64,000 nucleotides of DNA, from positions 1-64,000 of the forward strand of contig JALAGF010000480.1 in assembly GCA_030167865.1 (NCBI GenBank), given 5' to 3'. Below, one piece after another: positions 10,902-21,521 of the stretch. Both the position numbers and the translations under genes were made by a program. The stretch's first letter is position 1. The number at the start of each line of letters is the position of its first letter. The DNA comes from Craspedostauros australis (taxonomy: Eukaryota). A model generated the notes under the pieces. It had not been told where the DNA came from and did not search any database. It saw only the letters and a list, made by a program, of their open reading frames with translations.

Positions 10902-12800
10902 TCACAGCCCCGACCCGCCTTGACTCGTCATGTGCTTGTAAAAGGCTTCGTCTTCATCGCTCGTCTTGCGCTTCTTGATCACATTCTCGGTGTACCGCTG
11001 GCGCCGTCTATCATTATGTTGCAATGCGGCGATTTTTTGCTCGTACGTTGTTCCCAACGATCGCAACTTCATGGGGACGTGGATGGATTTGCCCTGTCCG
11101 TCCGGGTCGGGCACCCATCCGCGCTGTTGCAGCCATGGCAGGCATTCGCCCCACGTGATGGTTTGTGCCAAATCCTTCGCTTCGTATTGATCCAACACAT
11201 GCGCCGTTTCTTGCTGACCATCGGCGTTGCTAGCATCATCCATCGAGATGCCTGACGATCCATGATAGTACTTGGCTCGCTTCTTCTTACGTTCCGCGGC
11301 ACGTTCCGACTCAAAGTCCAAACAATCCTGCGGCATCACGGGCAGATCGCTCAATGCTGTAATGCAGTTTCGAATCCTTGCGGCCGCCAGCGTCATGTTT
11401 TCCCACTGGCGTTCCAGATGACACGAGACTGACCACAGGTTGGCGACGGAATATCCAAATCGCAGATTCGGATATCCGCAATCGTGCAGGACCAACGGCT
11501 GCTCGGCAGCAAGCGCGTAGCTGGGCTTGCCTGGGTATCGTTCGAGATTCAGCAAGTCACTGATGATGTCTGGTGATTCCAATCCTTTACCGATCATGAA
11601 GATGACGTGCGCGATGCATCGGATCTGATGCCACAGAAAGGCCTGTCCGACGATCAGCAAGTAGCACACGTTGCCGTTGCCACCACCATTACCATCGCCG
11701 GTGTTGCCGTCACCGTCCTCTTGTTGGACGGAGACCACCTTGGCCGAATGAATGACACGTTCGAAGTTGTACACCTTCTCAACGTCCATCTTGCAGAAGT
11801 TGCGAAAATCGTGCTTGCCCACCAACCGGTCCAACCCCTGCTGTATCTTCGCCAAGCTCATCTTTCGCTGGAGGAAGAAGTACCGATAGGTGCGTGTTGT
11901 GGCAGAGAAGCGTGCCGAGAATTCATCAGACACGGGGCACCAACCCAAGATGCGAATGTCATCGGGCAGGAGGTTGTTGAGCATGTTGGCGTATGGGAAT
12001 TCCTTCAACATGCGCTTTTGTCGTGGCGGTGCCATCGTCGCATTGTTGGGCGTGGTGTCAGCGTTGACAGACGCAGCTGCAGTTGCGGATCCAGATGAGC
12101 TCATCGTCTCATTGCTATCACTGTTGCTTGCGCCTGGAGCAGCGTTGCCTGCCTTCTTTTTCTTCTTCGCCGCCTTCGTCCTCTTTCTCGGGATGACCCA
12201 CGTCTGGAGGGCTTCGTTGTCATTGCTAGGCAATTCATCATTGGACAGGATCGTGCTGCCAGCCTCATCTGTGGATGCATCCAACGGAAAGGTGCTGCGC
12301 AATTGGAACGCGACCACCTGCCCAGCGGAACTGACACCCTTGTCGGTCCTTCCGCATCTCGAATAGCCGCTGGTCTCACGCGAATCGATGAGCTTGGTCT
12401 TGACGAGAGCCTGGAAGAGCACCTTCTCCACGGAGTTGTCATTGTCTTGTCCAATGGTCTGCGCCAATCCGGAGTACTTGGCGCCATCGTAGTAGAACCG
12501 CAGTGCGATATGGCGGCGTCGGACGTTGCATGTCGCTGCCTTTTCTTGTTCTCGTTGCTTGCGCTGCTTCTCAGCCTCGCGTCTCTCGGTCTGGATTGCA
12601 TCATAGGCTGCCTCAATGACGTCATGCTTCACGAGATCCGTCGTCACCAGATGATTCAGCACATCCAACGCGGATATCTTGGCATCTGTCTTGTGCACTC
12701 CCAGCTCCTTCAGACACGCATGGAGCTTCTTGCCATCGTTGCCATTGCCATCGCCCGATGCCTGTCTTCCCTTTCGGACTCTCTCCTTTGATCCCTCCAT
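10902..12800 (-). CDS. PUS3: tRNA pseudouridine(38/39) synthase, TruA family (Pus3/Deg1-like)
   Basis: Motifs HIALRFYYDG, SRCGRTDKGVSSAGQV (catalytic Asp), FSARFS..R.YRYFF, GKHDFRNFCKMD and GQAFLWHQIRCI. Start taken at MEGSK (12800); the ORF extends to 12950. Confidence 0.93.
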   Translation of the reverse strand: MEGSKERVRKGRQASGDGNGNDGKKLHACLKELGVHKTDAKISALDVLNHLVTTDLVKHDVIEAAYDAIQTERREAEKQRKQREQEKAATCNVRRRHIALRFYYDGAKYSGLAQTIGQDNDNSVEKVLFQALVKTKLIDSRETSGYSRCGRTDKGVSSAGQVVAFQLRSTFPLDASTDEAGSTILSNDELPSNDNEALQTWVIPRKRTKAAKKKKKAGNAAPGASNSDSNETMSSSGSATAAASVNADTTPNNATMAPPRQKRMLKEFPYANMLNNLLPDDIRILGWCPVSDEFSARFSATTRTYRYFFLQRKMSLAKIQQGLDRLVGKHDFRNFCKMDVEKVYNFERVIHSAKVVSVQQEDGDGNTGDGNGGGNGNVCYLLIVGQAFLWHQIRCIAHVIFMIGKGLESPDIISDLLNLERYPGKPSYALAAEQPLVLHDCGYPNLRFGYSVANLWSVSCHLERQWENMTLAAARIRNCITALSDLPVMPQDCLDFESERAAERKKKRAKYYHGSSGISMDDASNADGQQETAHVLDQYEAKDLAQTITWGECLPWLQQRGWVPDPDGQGKSIHVPMKLRSLGTTYEQKIAALQHNDRRRQRYTENVIKKRKTSDEDEAFYKHMTSQGGSGL

Positions 12801-13446
12801 GATGGCGCGATATGTTGGGCACCGTGCTCGAAGTATGGCCAGGCGACTGTGAGCAGTCGATTGATGGATGCAAGATGGGCGGAAGGCGGAGACAGTGTTG
12901 GTGATTTCGTGGCGCAACGTTGGTGATTCCGTGGACGTGTTTTCTCTCATTCTGCATGCGCGATCTCTTCGTCGGTTGGCTATTGACTCGTTCGACTCTG
13001 TTCACACGTCTGTGAATAAATGCAGATAGTGAATATTTCACCGCATACTTCTTGTCAATGAGAATCACGACTGCAAAACGAAGCCAAGAAATGTGCAGAA
13101 CATCACACGAAACCAAGGGAGAGATGGATCTTCTCCCTCATCACAATTCTATTCAAAACCAACCAGGATAAACGCACAAACTATTGGAGCGAAACCAGTC
13201 ACGAGGGCTCAGAGGAGTCACGAGCAGCAGCAGACAACAAAAAGGCACAGAAGGTGCACCGCAGAAGAGACAGATCACAATCCGTCAAACAACACTTTTA
13301 GACACGATCTTATACCCAATTACCGTCTCCGTTTCAATACAAACAGGCAAACAACATAGAGCGAGGAGAGAGGAGAGAGAGAGAGTTCATTGTGTTTCAC
13401 ATACGCGTAGATCGCCCGAGCAACATACTGTGGATCATTTGCCATC

Positions 13447-14322
13447 ATGGGCAACCCTTCTCAAATCACGTTGGGAGAAGTCTTTGGTGTCGAGATGGTT
13501 CATCATTCTGAGGCTTCGTCGCTGGTGTCGCCGCCGGAGACGACAGACGTGGAGAACGGCAACAGCATCCCCACGAGCGGCGCGCAGAACAACGACAGCC
13601 AACCGTTGGATGCGGCAAGCAACCACTCGCATTCTGCGTCGCTGCAGGCAGGTAGCACGGACGCGTTGATCCTGCGCAAGCCAAGCCGCCCGGAACACAC
13701 GCGAGAGATTCGACGATACGAAGAACGCATGGGCCGAATCTTGACGGCTACCGAGGTGAGTCAAGTGGTCAAGCTCTGCGATGCAGAGTTTCCTCCCTTG
13801 CGCAGACCCACGACGCCGGAACATCGCGAGGCCGTCCGCGAGTGGGAGGGTCGTTTGGGATACAAATTGAGCGACGAGGAGGTGGATCGCGTGCTGCAGA
13901 ATCTCGTGATCCAAAGCGACGGCTACGCAGGCAACAAATTCGTGCGCAGCTGGTCGCGAGGCCACAAGAACACCATGTGTCTCATGTTGGCGCAGATGAT
14001 CGTGATCGTGGTGGCGATGGCGGAGCAGTATTCCCCCGTCCTCAGTCTTGTTGTTCCTCTATTCGAGTTCGCCTGGTGCCTGCGTGTGATGAAAAACCAA
14101 GCCATGGTGAGGCTGATGAAACAGCTAATGGTCAACAACGACAATGGCAACGTCAATCCTGACGCCACCCATCGAGCGACTTACATTGCAGCAGTCTTGT
14201 GGACGATCATCGTGAAGTTGTTTTTGGTCAGTTACCATGTCTTCCGTACTCAAAGCGATACATTAGTCGCACAACCCCAGGCTGCATATGATCCCCAACC
14301 GGACCCCGATCACTGGCATTAA
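13447..14322 (+). CDS. Hypothetical membrane protein with about 3 C-terminal hydrophobic segments
   Basis: 291-aa intronless ORF preceded by an A/C-rich leader. Hydrophobic stretches: CLMLAQMIVIVVAM, VLSLVVPLFEFAWCL and YIAAVLWTIIVKLFLVSY. Confidence 0.6.
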   Translation: MGNPSQITLGEVFGVEMVHHSEASSLVSPPETTDVENGNSIPTSGAQNNDSQPLDAASNHSHSASLQAGSTDALILRKPSRPEHTREIRRYEERMGRILTATEVSQVVKLCDAEFPPLRRPTTPEHREAVREWEGRLGYKLSDEEVDRVLQNLVIQSDGYAGNKFVRSWSRGHKNTMCLMLAQMIVIVVAMAEQYSPVLSLVVPLFEFAWCLRVMKNQAMVRLMKQLMVNNDNGNVNPDATHRATYIAAVLWTIIVKLFLVSYHVFRTQSDTLVAQPQAAYDPQPDPDHWH

Positions 14323-15013
14323 TATCCATAGAGTAGTCTACGTAGTGTGAATATCAACAGGAGTCTGCTGAGCGGATGTGTCATCTATTGTGGTCGAACA
14401 GCTGAGTCACGTTCCTCGAATCTACTCTTTCCCTCCCTCTGGCTCGCAGAGAGCCTTGTCGACTCCATCCCATGATGTTTTTACGTGCCGCCGCCATCAC
14501 TTTCTTCTATTCTAAAAGACATTCCCGCTGCAGAGAGAACATGCCAGCCTCATGGACACGAGAGTAATTCATGGCACAGTATGGTATTATACGACGTATT
14601 CTACGAGCAGAGAAGGCACTCCACCTCTTGTCGTAGCTCGTGTAATATGTAGTACCGTGTTCGTGCTATATTTGTATCGTAGGCTACGGGAGAAGACAGG
14701 AGTCATCGCAAGAACAGACACAAACGCCTGAATTGTGACCAAAACTGACGGATTGGATGGAGGGAACAAAGACTGAAACCCATGATGCCGACATTCTCCG
14801 CAATCGTGTGGCGCAAACAGATTCACACCTGATGCAGCATCAGCATCATCATCATTGTCATCATTGTCATAGTATTAGTCGGTGGGCATAGTAGTACCAA
14901 CTCCAGTGCTCTAGTCGCATCGGCTGCTGAAAGCAATACGAGGAAAGAGACGAAGAACAGGGAACACGGCAGAGCTGAACAAAGTAGAGCAGAGTGAAGC
15001 GGATCACCCCGGA

Positions 15014-16885
15014 ATGACCAGCCGAACGACACCTGCGCAACTAGAAGAGATCGTCACCATGATGAAGGAAGACGCGGACAGCGACGTCGGTCTCAGCACC
15101 GTCAACATCAGCGCGAATGCCGACACAACTGGCAACGCCAATGCGAACAACAACAGCGGCCATTTCGCTGCTGGCAACGTCGGCGGCGGCGCAAGCACCA
15201 TGGCAGCGACATCCACACCAGCCTCCATGACGCAGGACAGCATGATCCCTGCTGCGGGGGAACGATCGGGCGCCGTCACGCAACGAGCCGCAGCGGGTGC
15301 AGACAACGTCGTCAACAAAACGAAGCCAACGGAAGGAGAATCACGGCTCCTCGCGCGACGACGGGCCAGACGGAAGCGACAGAGCGGCAAGGTGGCGCAG
15401 GGCATCAAGTACGCGGCGCTCGTCCTGCTCGTGGCGCAGATGGTGGGTCTCGTGCTGCTGCTCAGGTATTCGAGGACGGATCATCATCACAACGGCGATC
15501 CCGAAACGCACCATCATCTCTATCTGGCCTCCACGGCGGTCTTCATGATGGAGATGACCAAGCTGGTCATTTGCTTGAGCATGCTCGCCATCCAGTCGGG
15601 TCCCCACTTTGCGCACCAGCTCAAGGCCAACACGCTGGACGCGCCCAACGAAATGCTCAAGCTCTGCGTCCCGTCCTTCCTCTACACGGTCCAGAACAAC
15701 CTGCTGTATTTTGCATTGACCAACCTCGATGCGGCGACCTACCAAGTCTGCTACCAGGTCAAGATTCTCACGACCGCGGTGTTCAGTGCCGTCATGCTGG
15801 GTGTAAGTCAAATTCATTGATTGCTTCATTGTCCATTTGGTGGTGGTGGTTGTTACTGTTGCTGCTGCTGCTATGGTTGCTGACATTATTGGTCACGTGG
15901 TTGAAGCTACAGCAGGAGGAGACAGCCAAGCAGGCGAATACATGAGCAGACGCACAAACAGGTCAACAGGCAATGAATCGAAGGCAAAGGACGGAAGCAG
16001 CAGCAGGATGCATGCATTGTTCTGCTATCCATCGGCCTTCATCCTCGTCATGCCGGGGTGTCACAAACACTAAAGTTGGCGTCCATTCGTTCCTTCGTTT
16101 CCAGATATTTCGTGTGGCGACATCATCTCTCGCGCAACGACTAAACTGCCAAATCTGATCTCATCACACGCGCTCGTATGTCACCCTCACCTTTGTCTTC
16201 CTCCTCATCGCCATTGCAACTGTTGGTATTGCAATCATTGCGATGGAATCTCTTCCGTTACTCTGCACTACTCACCTCTTTTCCGTATCCACACCAACAG
16301 CGCAAGTTCTCGCGGATGAAATGGCTCTCCTTAGTCATCCTCACGTTGGGCGTTGCCATTGTGCAGGTGTCCGGCAGCCGCGACAAGGATTCGGACGAGA
16401 AGGATGCGCAAAATCGGTTCCTCGGATTGGCGGCCGTCCTCTGCGCCGCCTGCACATCCGGATTCTCCGGCGTTTACTTCGAACGCATCCTGAAGGGCAG
16501 CCAGACCTCGCTGTGGATCCGCAACATACAGATGGGGCTGCCCTCCGTCATCATCGCCCTCGTCACCGCCTTCGTCAAGGACTCGCAAGAGATTCAGACC
16601 AACGGATTCTTCGTCGGCTACACGCCCATCGTGTGGATCGTCGTCCTTGTGCAGGCTGCCGGCGGCATCATCGTGGCGTTGGTGGTCAAGTACGCCGACA
16701 ACGTCCTCAAGGTATTCGCGACGTCATTCTCCATCGTGCTGTCCTGCATCGTGTCCGCCATCTTCTTCGACTTTCATGCCACCTTCTCCTTCACCATCGG
16801 TGCTTCGTTGGTCGTCATGGCGAGTGCCATGTATTCGCGGCCTGAACGGAAACGACGACGAAGACAGATACTGCCAACGACGTAA
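15014..16885 (+). CDS. Golgi nucleotide-sugar transporter, SLC35A family (UDP-Gal/UDP-GlcNAc/CMP-Sia type)
   Basis: Exons 15014-15802 and 16301-16885 (GTAAGT...CAG, phase 0; 457 aa). Motifs VPSFLYTVQNNL, YQVCYQVKILTTA, SGFSGVYFERILK, SLWIRNIQ and VVKYADNVLK. Confidence 0.93.
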
Positions 16886-17381
16886 ATGCGTCATTTCCAC
16901 GAGGCATTATACTCTGCAGTTCCAGGTCATTGTAGCATTGTCAACAATAATACCGATACCAACACCCATCAGGAGAAATATTGCGGTCATTCGGAGCATA
17001 TTATTTGCGGTCGCATCAGTCTGAGCGCGCTCGGTTAACTCGCATACTCAAGGTCGAGTGGTTGATCTTCTTGGAGCATGCTCTAGAGTGGAGTGCAGAA
17101 TTCCTTGGGGCGTGCAACTTGGTGGATTTAAAGCGTTAGGAGGACGAAGGATCGATCTGTGGACAATTGAGGTTGCATACTTGTGTTCTTCTGGTTGCTG
17201 CTCTCAGCACCAACTGGTCAAGAGTGTGCCAGCTGAACGCTATCAAACCGAGGGTCGACCCCCATCACGTTGACGACCACCATAACTATCTGCACCATAA
17301 TTCTCCAGGAGAGTCAAGTCTCCGAATGCTACCATCTCTCTGTCATACGGATACTTCCTCTGCCAATTTCTGCGATACCAT

Positions 17382-20300
17382 CTAGGCGGTGGTCTTGAAT
17401 TCGCTGCGTTTCACGTATCGACGAAGCAATTCCTCGGTTCTCTTGTTGCGTGCCCGCTTGGATTCAAGTTTGGTCTCGTAGGCTCCATCACTGGTGATCC
17501 GATCGATCTTGATGTCTCCCAGCAATTCTGGAATGTGGACAGTTCCTTCGCCGATCTCCTTGCACGTGTTCAGCAAGTCGAAACTGTGGTCGCAAGAAGA
17601 CGTGCAATCGAGGAGTGCGACAGCAAGTGCCAAGGTAGAGCAAAATGCGAGTGCACAATTCCAATAAGACAGAGGCAAAGATTGGGCAAGAGTTGGGCGT
17701 CAGTGCGGTATCTGGTTGGTGCCGACAACTTTCACGACATGTCATCCACAAACAAGCTTGTAGTAAAGCAAGCCAGAGCTGCGCCATGCACTGGGCACGA
17801 TAGAACCAGGATCTCCATCAACTGAAGACCCTGCGACGAACGTACTCGCAAACAAAACAAAACAAAACAACACATGCATGCCAACAACATACGCATGACT
17901 TACGCGATGGATTGGGAGACGACGGAGTCACCCTTGTAGTCTGGGTGATTGCGGACGTAGTTCCGCACCCAGGTGGCGGGAGTGACGAGCTCGCCGGTGG
18001 AGCGCTTCTCAATAAAATCCAAGTACATCGAGATGCGGTTCATGGTACCAGCGTCGGTGTTGATGTAATCCAAGTACACTCGGACGAGGGTGATGAGACC
18101 TGGGAAGTAGTCACCCTTGCCGGTCATGATCTCGGCCATGGTCATTTCCTCGAATGAATTCTCTTCGATGCTTCCCACGGCGTTGGGGAAGAACCGCCTG
18201 TTGTCGCTGATGCTCTGATCGTCTGCGTCGTCCACCGACTCGTTGTCTGATTCGGCGTCCTCGCTGCCATCTCCCTTGGCTGCTCGGGAGAACATGGAGG
18301 CGTACTTCACCCCGTATCCATCATCCCCGAGCTCCAGCGGCGCCATGTGACGGCGGAAGAAGAACTTGCCCTTGGCGGCGGCGTTGCGGCCGTGGGCGCG
18401 TTGCATGTTCGCATCGACACGGCTGATTGGGATGTAGAGGTTGAGGTCGAATGTGAGGATGGCTCTGGTGAGCAGCACCGTGAAAACGGTGAAGGCAGCG
18501 TTCTCAAAGTCTGTGAGCTGCATCTCCATGCTGCGGAACTCGGTTCTCCAGCCGATGTGTGGGTCGTTGGGGCTGTTGCGTGGCGGCGGTGGCTTCCAGC
18601 GCATGGTCTGCCAGTTGGTGCTCTGGATGCTCTCGAAGTGCTCGGTCTGCGTCTCGTTGTCAACCTCCTCGACAGCGCCATCGAAGATGACCAATGGGTC
18701 TCGCACGAACAGGTGCGCAATGTGTTGCGCCAAAGCTGGGTCCACGCCGTCCTTTCGCAACTCCTCGTACTTCTCTTCGTCGATGGGGAGCGGGATGTCG
18801 TTGTACATGTTGACAACGCGGTCGGCGGTGGACTTGGCGCCTCGCGTCGGGGTGTACTGGCCCTGGGAGATGTAGGTACTGATCGAATCGTAGCGGCTCT
18901 TGTACAGACGACGGCGTCCCTCCGCGTTGAGATCATCATGCGGGGAGTTCGGATCCTCGCGACCTCTCTCCGCCGGTGTGCGACAATCGACGCTCTCGCT
19001 GATGATACCCCAGCGAGCGTCGGTGTCCAACAGGCGTCCCTTGAGGACGGGGGTCGACGCGGTGAGCGCCATCATGATGGGCGCCATGACGGCGAGCTGG
19101 TCGTAAATGTACCTGCTCTCGCACACGTCCTTGGCCTGGAAGGTGATCTGCAGACAGCAGCATCCCATGCCGAACGCCATGGCGTCCATGTGAACGGCAG
19201 CTCGGACAGTGTCCCCGCCACGCTCGGCAGTGGCAGCACCATTTTCCGTTGCAGATCCGGCATCTGCGCTGGTTCCGTTCGCTTCTGGCTTTGTCAATGT
19301 TGCAACGCCCGAGCCGTCCGTGGCATTTCCGTTCGAAGCCTCCGCCTTGTCGTCGGCACCCGCAATGGAGACGATGCCCCCAGTGAGCAAAGATGACAGC
19401 TCCTCGGTTTCGGCAGCCCGGAAGAGCGGCGTGGAGGACCCGATGCGCTTCATTTCCGTGTTGTTGGTCTCCGTTCGTGTGGAGACCTGGTGCAGGAACG
19501 GGATCTTCTCATCATCCTCGCTCTCCATTGGGAGGTAGTATCCATTTTGGAGGCGGACCCATCCTGGGACGTTGGGGATCTCGTGACCCACGACGATGTC
19601 GCCGTTGCGTGGCCAGTCCGCGTCTGGGACGATCTGCCCTGGTGCGCTTCTGTAGAACAGACCCAAGCACCCATCACGCTTGACATCGACGAGCCACTTC
19701 TTCATGACGTTGACATCGCTGGAATCTTCGACTTCTTCGTCACGTGACGATTTGGAGCAACCGACGACGACGAAGTCTCGGCCGTACTTCTCCTGAGAGG
19801 CGTCGCCTTTGCCGTATCGCCAGAGCTGCGAATATAAATGTCAGAAAAGGTGACAATGGTTGTCAAGGAACACATGTTGGCGGGTGTGGGAGTGAGTACG
19901 ATTGGTATTGCCATGATTGTTGATGTTTGGCACATGTCACACAGTCAAGTGCATGCTCTGCACAGTGGTGCTCCTTCGGCTTCTTTAGCCAATTTAAGTT
20001 CCCGCCATCACGAATAAGTTTGCCACCTGCAACCATCTTCACATCCTCATCCATCTTCATGCGGATCAGCCGAAGGATGTCAAAGTACGAGTACACAGAG
20101 TACGTGGATGTATCACAAGAAGCATCAAGGAAAGAGCCCAAAACAAGAGCCCAAGGAAAGAATCATAAGCGCACGCCAACGAAAGCAACGAAAGGAAACG
20201 TACCTGCAAAGAATTGCTGCCGCAGCAACCATCCACACTGCCCTGCGGACTTTCAAAGTTGATGAACTCCGGCGTGCTGACATCGCGGAAGAGCGGAACG

Positions 20301-21521
20301 CGGATGTTGACCTTCTCGCCACGACGTTGACGGATGTTGGCCGTGAGGGTGGCAAAGCGCGGGTGCGGGTTGATGATGTCGTCGCCAATGTACTCGCTGA
20401 GGGTGGCCGGTCCGCCGACCTTCGAGGCTGGGAAGGTGCCATCATCGCCGAGCGCGCCGAGCAGAGGGAAGGCCGAGACGGTCGGCGCAATCTCGTTGTC
20501 CTTGAGGACGGTGAGAATGCGCTTGCGACGCAGACGCATATTGCGCTCGACGCGCAGGAGATCGGTGGCGTAGCCGGTGTAGGGGCGATTGGGCGTGGCC
20601 TCCACCATCCAGGCACCGTACTCCGGCACCCAGTTGCAGCCGTCCATGTTCCTGGAGAACTCGTCCTCCTTGCGATTCAATTCGTCCATGATCTCCTTGG
20701 CACGCAGAGACAGACGAACCTGCTTGGTCTCGGGGTCGACATGGAAGATCCCGTACTCGATCTCATCTCCCCACAGCAACTCGTCTCCCTTGAGATCCTT
20801 GACTCGATTGTAGGTGGAAACGAATTGCCGAACACCGGCTCCCCGGATGTATCCGAGATGCTTCTTGGATTCATCCCAGGTTTTGGGCACGCCAACCTTT
20901 AGCAATCCTGCGAATGGAATCGATTAGAATGTGCAGTATGTGTAGAAGTATTGTTGGCAGTGTGTGTCAGTGTGTGTCAGTGTGTGTTCATGTGTTCATT
21001 TGCGGATGTGCATCAATGCGATTGTGTGGAACGGAGTGTGAGTTGGATTGTCGAGTGCAGCGAAGATCGGTGGCGTCCACGGCCACCGCGATGGAATCTT
21101 CTATGGTGAGACAGTTGCGTGCACTGGTAGTAGCTCGTACTCCATGCCATCGCACGTGTGCTCCAGTCGGCATCATGGTTGGCACCATCGTTGGCACCAA
21201 CGCTCTGGATCCGCCGAAAGGCATCACTGGAAGCCACCAGCTTGATGTCTCGCATCGGCAGAGGCATCATCGTCAATCTCACAACCTGAACTCGCCGTTG
21301 CCACCGATGTTGGACAGAGCACAGCCAACCGCATCCACCACGAGCCCAAATGCCCGCACTTGCGCCAGAGCGGGAAAGAGCCGAAGGAGAGAATCATCGA
21401 ATTCGCTGCCAACCACACGGAATCAAAGATCCAGCGCAAAGTAAAACAGACAACTGCGCAAATCATACCAAACCAAGGCAAAGCACCCTTGTTCAGTATC
21501 ATCACATGTCGACTCACCCAT
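17382..21521 (-). CDS. GSH1: Glutamate-cysteine ligase catalytic subunit (gamma-GCS, animal/fungal-type group)
   Basis: Exons 21521-21518 (ATGG), 20907-20204, 19825-17904 and 17583-17382 total 2832 nt (943 aa). Motifs MGLLKVG, LLWGDEIEY, PEYGAWMVEATP, NPHPRF, MDAMAFGMGCCCLQ, HFESIQSTNWQ and GWRTEFR. Confidence 0.95.

Noticed and set aside
17382-17678. ORF containing PELLGDIKIDRITSDGAYET, superficially like the IS5 transposase 'ADGAYDT' motif
   Set aside because: It splices in phase (GC|gtaagt...cag|T) as the last exon of glutamate-cysteine ligase, and there are no terminal inverted repeats.
19863-20141. 92-aa minus-strand ORF inside the GCL locus
   Set aside because: It lies within the modelled intron 19826-20203, and the flanking exons join in phase without it.
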